Shown: positions 17,408 through 25,284, counted from the first letter of the stretch. The stretch is 32,000 nt of DNA from Longivirga aurantiaca (GCF_042660085.1 NZ_JBHSTI010000008.1:300001-332000), one strand, 5' to 3'. Made by a program: numbers and translations. The notes: a model not told the origin generated them from the sequence alone.

Positions 17408-18667
17408 GTGCCAGCGGACCTGTCCCCCTCGGGCGATCTCATCGCCGTGCTGCGCAGGGTCCGTGAGGCGGGGCATACGACCCGTGCCGACCTGGGTCGG
17501 GATCTGGGCCTCCGTCGCGGGGTCGTGACCCAGCGGGTCTCGGCTCTGCTGGACCTCGGGCTCGTCGACGAGGCGGTGACCCGTCGTTCCTCGGGCGGCC
17601 GCGCCCCCCGAGAGCTGGCCTTCCGGCGGGACGCAGGGTTCGTGCTGGTGGCCGACCTCGGCGCGACCACCTTGGTAGCCGGGGTAGCCGACCTGTCCGG
17701 AGCGCTGGTCGCGACTCGCGAGAGCCCAGCCGATGTCACCGATGGCCCGGAACGCGTCCTGGAGCAGCTCGAGTCGACCTGGGTGGACCTGGTCCAGGAG
17801 TCGGGAGTCGGACGGGAACGGATCTGGGGCGCGGGGATCGGGGTCCCCGGGCCCGTCGAGTTCGCGACCGGTCGGCCGATCTCGCCGCCGATCATGCCGG
17901 GATGGGACTCCTACCCGGTGCGCGAGCGGCTGGCGACCGCCTTCGACGTACCCGTGTGGGTCGACAACGAGGTGAACCTGGAAGCCCTCGGCGAGTCCCG
18001 GATCGGCCTGGGGCGCGGAGTCGCCGAGATGATCTTCGTGAAGATGAGCGTCGGGATCGGTTCCGGCGTGATCTCGCGGTCCGTGCTGCATCGTGGCGCG
18101 AACGGGGCGGCTGGCGACATCGGCCACATCGCGGTCGTCCAGGACGAAACCGCCACCTGTCGATGCGGGAACACCGGATGCCTCGAGGCCGTAGCCGGCG
18201 GGCTCTCGCTGGTGCGAACCGCGACCGAGCGGGCCGCGCTCGAGAGGTCGAGCGTCCTGGGGCGCATGGTCGATGAGGGCCAGTCTCTGGCTGTCGACGA
18301 CATCACCTCGGCCGCCGGGAGCGGTGACGCCGTCGCTGTCGACCTGCTGACGCATTCGGGCCGCCTGGTCGGGGACACCCTCTCGACGCTGGTCAACTTC
18401 TACAACCCGGGGCTGCTGGTGCTCGGGGGACGCCTCGTGCAGGGCAACGACGTGGTGCTCTCGACGGTGCGCGAGACGGTCTACGGGCGATCACTTCCGC
18501 TCGCCACGCGAAACCTCGTCATCGCCCGCAGCGAGCTCGGGCCGCTGGGCGGTCTCGTCGGAGCAGCCGTGATGGTGGTCGACGAGCTCTTCTCGCGCAC
18601 CCGCTTCCCGCTCTGGTCCCCTCAGAAGTCCCCTCATGGACATCCCGAGATTGCGAATCCCCGATGA
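17408..18667 (+). CDS. ROK family transcriptional regulator with N-terminal winged HTH
   Basis: 419 aa; TTRADLGRDLGLRRGVVTQRVSALLDLGLVDEA (wHTH), VADLGATTLVAGVADLSG, GAAGDIGHIAVVQDETATCRCGNTGCLEAVAGG (ROK zinc motif CxCGxxGCLE). Confidence 0.92.
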   Translation: MPADLSPSGDLIAVLRRVREAGHTTRADLGRDLGLRRGVVTQRVSALLDLGLVDEAVTRRSSGGRAPRELAFRRDAGFVLVADLGATTLVAGVADLSGALVATRESPADVTDGPERVLEQLESTWVDLVQESGVGRERIWGAGIGVPGPVEFATGRPISPPIMPGWDSYPVRERLATAFDVPVWVDNEVNLEALGESRIGLGRGVAEMIFVKMSVGIGSGVISRSVLHRGANGAAGDIGHIAVVQDETATCRCGNTGCLEAVAGGLSLVRTATERAALERSSVLGRMVDEGQSLAVDDITSAAGSGDAVAVDLLTHSGRLVGDTLSTLVNFYNPGLLVLGGRLVQGNDVVLSTVRETVYGRSLPLATRNLVIARSELGPLGGLVGAAVMVVDELFSRTRFPLWSPQKSPHGHPEIANPR

Positions 18668-18951
18668 GTCTCTTCACGGTCGCCCACTTCCACTGCCTCG
18701 CCGGACGCGGGCCGGAAGTCGAGGCCTTCCTCGCGCCGCTCGTCGAGCCGACCACGTCGGAGGACGGCTGCGTCTACTACCGCTACTTCCGCGACACGAG
18801 CGATCCGGACCACTTCGTGTTCTGGGAGCAGTGGCGGGACGACGACGCACTCGACACGCATATCGGAACGGCTCGGGTGCAGTCGATGCTCGTCTCGGTC
18901 CAGCCCTTGCTGGCCGCCCCGGTCGCCGCCTATCGGCTCAGCCTTCGGTGA
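18664..18951 (+). CDS. Small antibiotic biosynthesis monooxygenase (ABM) domain protein
   Basis: 95 aa; FTVAHFHCLAGRGPEVEAFLAPLVEPTTSEDGCVYYRYFRDTSDPDHFVFWEQWRDDDALDTHIGTA is a typical ABM dimeric alpha/beta-barrel pattern; ATGA overlap with the ROK gene. Confidence 0.85.
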   Translation: MSLFTVAHFHCLAGRGPEVEAFLAPLVEPTTSEDGCVYYRYFRDTSDPDHFVFWEQWRDDDALDTHIGTARVQSMLVSVQPLLAAPVAAYRLSLR

Positions 18952-20266
18952 CTCTCGGCTCACGGCCCTCGGTGGGCAGCACCGGGGGGACGCGGTTCTC
19001 CCCAGCCCATGCAGCGAAGTAGGCGGGTCGGAAGATCTCGTCGAGTGCGAGGGCCGTAGCCCCGTGCAGCGCCGCCCGCTCCCCGAGCGCCACCTTGGCG
19101 ATGACGAGTTCCCGCGTCGCGAGGGGGAGGGAGCGGGAGTAGACGATGTTCCGGACGGTCGCCAGGTAGGCGTCCCCGGCGAGCATCAGACGCCCGCCGA
19201 GAAGGATCAAGGACGGGTTGAAGAAGTTCACGATCCTGGCCAGCGTGTCGCCCACCAGTCGCGCCGACTCGGTCATCAGCACGACGCTCGCCCGGTCGCC
19301 GCTCACTGCGCCGGCAACGACATCGGCGGCGGCGAGTGGGCGGAGCTCGGCCCGCTCGGCAAGGAAGGGGCTCTCGCCACGCGCAGCCAGCTCAGCGCCA
19401 CGCCGCGCCAGAGCCCACCCGCTCGCCAACGCCTCGAGGCACCCGGTGTTGCCGCAGCGACACTGGATAGTGGGATCGTCGCTCACCTTGACGTGGCCGA
19501 TGTCGCCCGCAGAACCCTGCGCCCCACGATGGAGCACGCCGTTGGAGACGAGCCCGGCACCGATCCCTGTGCTGATCTTGACCACCACGATGTCGCTGTG
19601 ATCGACGGCCGCCCCAGCACGGAGCTCGCCGAGAGCCATGACGTTGACGTCGTTGTCGATCCAGACGGGCACGTTGTAGCGGTCCTGCATCACGCCGCGG
19701 ATGTCGAACTCGTTCCAGCCCGGCATGATCGGCGGGCTGACTGCCCGGCCTGTCGCGAACTCGACTGGACCGGGGATGCTGATGCCGATCCCCCACAGAT
19801 GGACGTCGAAGATCTGGCGGTTGTGGAGGATCTTGTCGAACTCCGCGATGACGGTCTTGAGCGTCTCCTCGGGGCCGGTGCTGATGTCGTTCGGCAGGTA
19901 GACCCGCTCGAGGATGCCGCCCGCAAGGTCGGCCAGGCCGACGAACATGCCCTGTGCGCCGATGTCCGCGGCGAGTACGAAGCCGCGCAGCTTGTTGAAC
20001 TGGAGGCCGCGCGGTGAACGCCCGCGAGGGACGGCCAGCACGTCGCCTTCGACGATGAGATCCAGCTCGATCAGCTGCTCCAGGCGCTGGGTGATCACAG
20101 CCCGCCCGAGCTCGCTGCTCCTCACCAGATCCGGCCTGGTCACGGCGGATCCGGAGCGCACGAGGTTCAGCACCTGCAGCAGGGTCTGTGCCTGCTCTTC
20201 CGCTACCACGCCGCCACGATAGCCGGATCCTCGCAGCGCTTGTTCATGCTCGGGGTCGCTCGCCAT
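18938..20266 (-). CDS. ROK family transcriptional regulator (second); start uncertain (20266 or upstream 20305)
   Basis: VTRPDLVRSSELGRAVITQRLEQLIELDLIVEGD (wHTH), GSAGDIGHVKVSDDPTIQCRCGNTGCLEALASG (zinc motif), IGISIPGPVEFATGRAVSPPIMPGW. Confidence 0.9.
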   Translation of the reverse strand: MASDPEHEQALRGSGYRGGVVAEEQAQTLLQVLNLVRSGSAVTRPDLVRSSELGRAVITQRLEQLIELDLIVEGDVLAVPRGRSPRGLQFNKLRGFVLAADIGAQGMFVGLADLAGGILERVYLPNDISTGPEETLKTVIAEFDKILHNRQIFDVHLWGIGISIPGPVEFATGRAVSPPIMPGWNEFDIRGVMQDRYNVPVWIDNDVNVMALGELRAGAAVDHSDIVVVKISTGIGAGLVSNGVLHRGAQGSAGDIGHVKVSDDPTIQCRCGNTGCLEALASGWALARRGAELAARGESPFLAERAELRPLAAADVVAGAVSGDRASVVLMTESARLVGDTLARIVNFFNPSLILLGGRLMLAGDAYLATVRNIVYSRSLPLATRELVIAKVALGERAALHGATALALDEIFRPAYFAAWAGENRVPPVLPTEGREPRVTEG

Positions 20267-20941
20267 CCGGTTCGGATGGTGCGGGCGGAGGTCTGCGATC
20301 GCCAACCAGACGAGAAGACCGCAGCCGATGGCTGGATCCGTCCCCTGACGAATCCCGACGTGGCCATGGTTGCGGACCGATGTCGACCGTGGCGCCGCTA
20401 CTGCCGACTCTGCCCTCGCTCATGACCAGCCCAGGTTGAGTTGAGTGGGAGTAGCGGGCGCCCCGCGTCGTGACGTCCGTACGGTCGCGTGCGGACCTGA
20501 ACGACGTGGCTCTGCCGCTGTACCGGAGGTCGTAGGGCAACACGTCCGTGCGGACGGCCTGCTCGGCTGTCCACGAACCCGAGGGGCCGGACCGCGCGTC
20601 ACCGCTCACCCTGATGCGGCGAGCGTTCCGCCTGGAGCGCGAGCCCGGCCCCGGCATCTCGACGGAGCGGGACGGACTGATCGACGAGGACGGCTCGACC
20701 GGTGCGGGCGTCCGGGCTCCGCTCCCACCCACGAGGCCTCGCAGCATCCGAAGGCCGAGTCCGACGACCCACGCGACGACCCGATCGAGCCTCTCGTTCA
20801 TCACGCTGCGTCCATCAGCCTCTGCGTCGGCTCAACGCTGCGTAGCCGCACCATTGCGAATCGCTCCTGAATGGTCCGTGTGGGTGGTGGCCGAGGGCGA
20901 CATCGTCGGCCGTACCTGTTTCGCTTCAGCCTCCAGCAGCG

Positions 20942-22420
20942 ATGAGCGAGGGGGACGGCGTGGCGGTCGGTGACGGCACGGCAGCGGCGGCGCTGCTGCG
21001 CGCGATGGTCCGCGACGTGCCCACGGCGGTGCTCGTGACCGACCTCGAGGGCAAGGTCCTGCTCGCCAACCGCTCGGCCCGCCGGCTGATCGGCAGGCCC
21101 GGCCACGTGAGCCTCGTCGAAGGTGTGCACGCCGACGACGCCCACCGACTCCGCGCCTACATCGCCATGCTCGCCGGCGACGCCACGCACCGCTCGGTCC
21201 ACCTCGCCGAGCTCCAGGTGCGCTGGGGCGACGTCGAGCGCGTGGTCGCCGTCGACGGCCGCCGCATCAAGGGGCTTCCGGGCTTCCGCGGCCTGGTGTT
21301 CTCGTTGCAGGACGTCTCGCAGTACGTCGAGGAGCTGCAGTCGCTGAGGCGGTCGGCGTACGTCGACGCGCTCACCGGGCTCCCGAACCGCGCCGCGATG
21401 TGGAACGCGATCCAGCAGGCCTTCCGCACCCGCCAGAACGGCTCGGTGCTCATGGTCGACCTCGACGACTTCAAGGGCATCAACGACCGGTTCGGCCACG
21501 CGGCCGGCGACCAGGTGCTCACCACGGTCGCCGGGCGTCTGCGGCGCGCGGTCCACGAGATCGGCACGGTGGCCCGGTTCGGCGGCGACGAGTTCGTGAT
21601 CCTGCTGCCCGCCGGCGGCGAGGACGACGCACGTCGCGTGATGAACCTGGTCGTGCACGAGGTCGGTCGCCCGATCCCGGTGGGCCTCGACGACCTGGTC
21701 GTCGGGGTCAGCGTCGGCGGCGCCGTGCTCGGCGGTCGTCATCCCGACGACGCGCTGCGCCGTGCCGACGAGGCCCTCTATCGCGCGAAGTCCTCCGGCC
21801 GCGGCCAGACCTGCCTGTGGTCCGACGACGACGAGGAGTGGCGGGTGCGGCGCGCGGACGTGCGCCATGAGCTCGACCGGCTGCGCAAGGCGCTCGAGGC
21901 CGAGCGGCAGAAGGCGCGTACCGACGTCGGCACCGGGCTGCCCAACACCCGCCGTCTGCTCGAGGACCTCCGAGCCCTCTGCGACCCGGCGCGGCCGCAG
22001 CCCGTCGGGCTCGTCTTCATCGACCTCGACCACTTCGGCGCGGTGAACAAGACCCACGGCGACACCGCGGGCGACGACGTCCTGCGCCAGGTCGCGGACG
22101 TGTTCCGCGGCGCGTGCCGAGGCATGGACACCGTGTACCGCAAGGGCGGCGAGGAGTTCGTGGTCGTGCTCCCCGGGGCCGACCACGACCAGGCCGTGCG
22201 GGTGGGGGAGCGGTTCCGCCGTCGCCTCGTCGAGAACGGCATCACGCACGGCGGCCTCGAGGACATGCCCTTCGTGACGCTCTCCGCCGGCGTCGCCACG
22301 GCTGAGCTCGTCGACGACGGGTCGGTCGACGAGCTCATGCGCATCGCTGCGATGCGGATGCTCACGGCCAAGCAGTCGGGCCGCAACCGTGTCGTGAGCG
22401 AGGGCGGCGCCTCGACCTGA
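20942..22420 (+). CDS. Diguanylate cyclase-like protein with N-terminal PAS-like domain and two GGDEF domains
   Basis: 492 aa; PAS-like DVPTAVLVTDLEGKVLLANRSARRLIG; GGDEF-1 YVDALTGLPNRAAMWNAI...DLDDFKGINDRFGHAAGDQVL...VARFGGDEFVILL; GGDEF-2 GTGLPNTRRLLEDL...FIDLDHFGAVNKTHGDTAGDDVLRQVADVFRGACRGMDTVYRKGGEEFVVVLPG. Confidence 0.9.
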   Translation: MSEGDGVAVGDGTAAAALLRAMVRDVPTAVLVTDLEGKVLLANRSARRLIGRPGHVSLVEGVHADDAHRLRAYIAMLAGDATHRSVHLAELQVRWGDVERVVAVDGRRIKGLPGFRGLVFSLQDVSQYVEELQSLRRSAYVDALTGLPNRAAMWNAIQQAFRTRQNGSVLMVDLDDFKGINDRFGHAAGDQVLTTVAGRLRRAVHEIGTVARFGGDEFVILLPAGGEDDARRVMNLVVHEVGRPIPVGLDDLVVGVSVGGAVLGGRHPDDALRRADEALYRAKSSGRGQTCLWSDDDEEWRVRRADVRHELDRLRKALEAERQKARTDVGTGLPNTRRLLEDLRALCDPARPQPVGLVFIDLDHFGAVNKTHGDTAGDDVLRQVADVFRGACRGMDTVYRKGGEEFVVVLPGADHDQAVRVGERFRRRLVENGITHGGLEDMPFVTLSAGVATAELVDDGSVDELMRIAAMRMLTAKQSGRNRVVSEGGAST

Positions 22421-22459
22421 CCGGTCCGGGCCCGACCCCGACGCGGTGCCCCCGGCCCG

Positions 22460-22465
22460 TTGACA
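22460..22465 (+). promoter_or_regulatory. Candidate -35 (TTGACA) of the beta-glucosidase promoter
   Basis: Consensus TTGACA about 22 nt upstream of the 16-bp operator; the operator overlaps or adjoins the expected -10 region. Confidence 0.5.
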
Positions 22466-22486
22466 TCGCGCGTCGCGTACGAGAGT

Positions 22487-22502
22487 GTGGGAGCGCTCCC
22501 AC
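22487..22502. promoter_or_regulatory. CebR/CelR-type LacI-family operator
   Basis: Perfect 16-bp palindrome GTGGGAGCGCTCCCAC; its core TGGGAGCGCTCCCA is the established CebR/CelR operator of actinobacterial cello-oligosaccharide/beta-glucosidase genes. Confidence 0.87.
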
Positions 22503-22560
22503 GCGGGGCAGGGACGGCACTCTCGGGCTGAGGGGGCTCCGTCTCCGCACCGCGCGGGAT

Positions 22561-22614
22561 GCGTGCGGGTGGCCGGTCGGGGACGAGGGAGCCCCGACCG
22601 GCCACCACACACGC
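22561..22614. repeat. Very stable hairpin in the presumed 5' leader of the beta-glucosidase gene
   Basis: Perfect 15-bp arms 22568-22582 (GGTGGCCGGTCGGGG) / 22592-22606 (CCCCGACCGGCCACC), 9-nt loop, plus an outer 5-bp stem GCGTG (22561-22565) / CACGC (22610-22614). Confidence 0.75.
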
Positions 22615-22709
22615 TCCGGAGCGGGCACGATGGGCAGCCGGCGGCTCCCGCGAGCGCCCGCCCACCACCCAGTCACGCGGCTCCGCGCGCCGCGAGGAGG
22701 CAGTCGACC

Positions 22710-24086
22710 GTGAGCACCCGTCAGTTCCCCGAGGGCTTCGTCTGGGGCGCCGCCACGGCGTCCTTCCAGATCGAGGGCGCCAGCACCGAGGACGGCCGCG
22801 GCCCGTCGATCTGGGACACCCTCTGCGCGAAGCCGGGCGCGATCCTCGACGGCTCCGACGGCACGGTGGCGTGCGACCACTACCACCGCTGGGAGTCCGA
22901 CCTCGACCTGCTGCGCGACCTCGGGCTCTCGGCGTACCGCTTCTCGATCGCGTGGCCGCGCATCAAGCCCCAGGGCAACGGCACGGTCGAGGAGCGAGGG
23001 CTCGCGTTCTACGACCGCCTCGTCGACGGCATGCTGGAGCGCGGCATCGAGCCGAACGCGACGCTGTACCACTGGGACCTGCCGCAGGCGCTCGAGGACA
23101 AGGGCGGCTGGACCAACCGCGACACGGCGTACCGCTTCGCGGAGTACGCAGCCGTCGTCCAGCACCGCCTCGGCGACCGCGTGAAGAAGTGGGCCACCCT
23201 CAACGAGCCGTGGTGCTCGGCCTTCCTCGGCTACGCCTCGGGCGAGCACGCACCCGGCCTCACCGACCCGGCCAAGGCGGTGACCGCGGCGCACCACCTG
23301 CTGCTGGCCCACGGCCTCGCCGCCCAGGCGCTGCACGGGGGGCGCCGTCCCGCGGAGGTCGGCATCGTCCCGAACCTCTACCGCGTGCGGCCGGCCTCCG
23401 GGTCGGCAGCCGACCTCGACGCGGCCCGGCGCATCGACGGCCAGCAGAACCGCTGGTACCTCGACGCGCTGTTCACGGGCGAGTACCCCGCCGACATCGT
23501 CGAGGACTACGCGCGCTTCACGGACATGTCCTTCGTGCAGGACGGCGACCTCGAGACGATCGCGACCCGCATCGACTGGCTCGGCGTGAACTACTACAGC
23601 TCGTTCGTCGTCCGCGGCCTCGACGCCCCGGCGCCGCGGGCCGAGGGGGCCCGCCCGACCCCGTGGATCGGCACCGAGGACGTCGAGATCGTGCCCAACG
23701 GCCGTCCCGTGACGGCGATGGGCTGGGACATCGAGCCCGCCGGCCTCACCGACACCCTCGTGCGGCTCTCGACGGAGTACACGCCGCTGCCGCTGTTCAT
23801 CACCGAGAACGGCTCGGCGTGGGAGGACGTCGTCGTCGACGGCCAGGTGCACGACCCCGAGCGCATCGACTACCTCGAGCAGCACCTGGCGGCGGCGCAC
23901 GACGCCCTCGGCGCCGGCGTGAACCTGCGCGGCTACTACGCCTGGTCGCTCATGGACAACTTCGAGTGGGCCTGGGGCTACGAGAAGCGCTTCGGCATCG
24001 TGCGCGTCGACTACGACACCCAGGAGCGCACCCCCAAGGACAGCGCGAGGCGCTACGCCGAGATCGTCCGCAGCAACAGCGTCTAG
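22710..24086 (+). CDS. GH1 family beta-glucosidase
   Basis: GTG at 22710 after GAGGAGG-type RBS: MSTRQFPEGFVWGAATASFQIEGASTEDGRGPSIWD; TLNEPWCSAFLGYASGEHAPG; LFITENGSAWED; GYYAWSLMDNFEWAWGYEKRFGIVRVDY. GH1 acid/base NEP and nucleophile ENG. Confidence 0.95.
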   Translation: MSTRQFPEGFVWGAATASFQIEGASTEDGRGPSIWDTLCAKPGAILDGSDGTVACDHYHRWESDLDLLRDLGLSAYRFSIAWPRIKPQGNGTVEERGLAFYDRLVDGMLERGIEPNATLYHWDLPQALEDKGGWTNRDTAYRFAEYAAVVQHRLGDRVKKWATLNEPWCSAFLGYASGEHAPGLTDPAKAVTAAHHLLLAHGLAAQALHGGRRPAEVGIVPNLYRVRPASGSAADLDAARRIDGQQNRWYLDALFTGEYPADIVEDYARFTDMSFVQDGDLETIATRIDWLGVNYYSSFVVRGLDAPAPRAEGARPTPWIGTEDVEIVPNGRPVTAMGWDIEPAGLTDTLVRLSTEYTPLPLFITENGSAWEDVVVDGQVHDPERIDYLEQHLAAAHDALGAGVNLRGYYAWSLMDNFEWAWGYEKRFGIVRVDYDTQERTPKDSARRYAEIVRSNSV

Positions 24087-24093
24087 CCGATCC

Positions 24094-24153
24094 GAGTTAC
24101 TGCCCAAATCGTCGCTGAGCGGCCTCCTTCAGCGTGCAATTGGGCAGTAACTC
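24094..24153. terminator. Long hairpin in the convergent gap between beta-glucosidase and LacI genes; possible bidirectional terminator or intergenic repeat element
   Basis: Perfect 14-bp arms GAGTTACTGCCCAA (24094-24107) / TTGGGCAGTAACTC (24140-24153), inner 6-bp stem CGCTGA (24113-24118) / TCAGCG (24129-24134). Confidence 0.6.
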
Positions 24154-24160
24154 GCGGACC

Positions 24161-25189
24161 TCAGGCGGAGTCGCGGACGACGAGGGTGGTCGGCAGCACC
24201 TCGTGCACGGGATCGAGCTCGGGGTCGGCGAGCTGCTGCAGCAGCAGCTCGGCCATCCGCCGCCCGATGCCGGCCATCGGCTGCGACACGGTGGTGAGGG
24301 GCGGGTTCGACGTGCGGGCGGCCTCGACATCGTCGAAGCCGACGACGGCGACGTCGCCCGGCACCGACCGGCCGTGCTCGGCCAGGACCGCGATCGCACC
24401 GAAGGCCATGAGGTCGTTGGCCACGTAGACGCCGTCGAGGTCCGGCATAGCGGCAAGCAGCCGCGTCATGGCGGCACGGCCGCTGTCGGTGCTGAAGTCC
24501 CCGACGGCGACATGGTCGTCGGACGACGGCAGCCCGGCATCGGTCACGGCATCGAGCCAGCCGAGATGGCGGTCGTGCCCGGCGGCCATGTCGCGCGGAC
24601 CGGTGATGGTGACGACGCGTCGGCAGCCTCGGGCGAGCAGGTGCTCGGTGGCGGCCCGGGCGCCGCCGCGGTTGTCGGCGTCGACATACCAGACCGTCGA
24701 CGTCCCGGTGATCGGCACGCGGCCGGAGAACACGGCGGGGATGTGCATCCGCTCGATGCCGCGCACGAGCTCGACGTCGCTGTGCCCGTGGATGACGAGC
24801 AGGCCGTCGAGGCGCAGTGCCGCGAGCTCGATGAGGCGGTCGCGCTCGCGCGCGTCGCCGGCGAGGGTGAGCACCATCGCGACGTCGGCCTCGGAGAGCG
24901 CGTCGTGGGCGCCGCGCGCGACCTCGGCGAAGTACGGGTCGCTGAACAGGTGGTCGTTGCTCTCGTTGACGACGAGGCCGACGAGACCCGTGCGGCCGGT
25001 CACGAGCGAGCGCGCCGACAGGTTGGGCCTGTAGCGCAGCTCGGCCGCCGCCTTGTGCACCGCCTCGACGGCCGCGGGGCTCACGTTGGTGGCGCCGGAG
25101 AGCACCCGGCTCGCGGTGCCCCGGGAGACGCCTGCTGCCGCCGCCACCATCTCGAGGGTGGGGCGGGGGTTCTGGACGCGGCCTGCCAC
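24161..25189 (-). CDS. LacI family transcriptional regulator (CebR/BglR-like role proposed)
   Basis: 342 aa; PTLEMVAAAAGVSRGTASRVLSGATNVSPAAVEAVHKAAAELRYRPNLSARSL (LacI HTH), Type-1 periplasmic-binding-like effector domain; adjacent to a gene with a CebR-type operator. Confidence 0.93.
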   Translation of the reverse strand: MAGRVQNPRPTLEMVAAAAGVSRGTASRVLSGATNVSPAAVEAVHKAAAELRYRPNLSARSLVTGRTGLVGLVVNESNDHLFSDPYFAEVARGAHDALSEADVAMVLTLAGDARERDRLIELAALRLDGLLVIHGHSDVELVRGIERMHIPAVFSGRVPITGTSTVWYVDADNRGGARAATEHLLARGCRRVVTITGPRDMAAGHDRHLGWLDAVTDAGLPSSDDHVAVGDFSTDSGRAAMTRLLAAMPDLDGVYVANDLMAFGAIAVLAEHGRSVPGDVAVVGFDDVEAARTSNPPLTTVSQPMAGIGRRMAELLLQQLADPELDPVHEVLPTTLVVRDSA

Positions 25190-25204
25190 CTCATGATCAT
25201 CCCA

Positions 25205-25218
25205 GGGGAGCGCTGCCT
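25205..25218. promoter_or_regulatory. Degenerate CebR-like operator upstream of the LacI gene (possible autoregulation)
   Basis: GGGGAGCGCTGCCT matches TGGGAGCGCTCCCA at 11 of 14 positions, 16 nt upstream of the regulator start codon. Confidence 0.4.
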
Positions 25219-25284
25219 CCCGCGCGGCAGGGCGGTCGGCCGCTTCCGGCGCCGTACGTCGGAACCGCGGTGCACAGTGGGCGC

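Noticed and set aside
20244-20973. Several overlapping ORFs (186 aa minus, 141 aa plus, 141 aa plus) in the ROK-2/GGDEF intergenic region
   Set aside because: No domain signature, no convincing RBS, and they contradict each other. I could not support any as a gene and treat the region as non-coding or decayed.
22485-22709. 75-residue N-terminal extension of the beta-glucosidase
   Set aside because: It would begin inside the operator and run through the leader hairpin. GH1 proteins start near FPEGFVWGAATAS, and GTG at 22710 has a good RBS.
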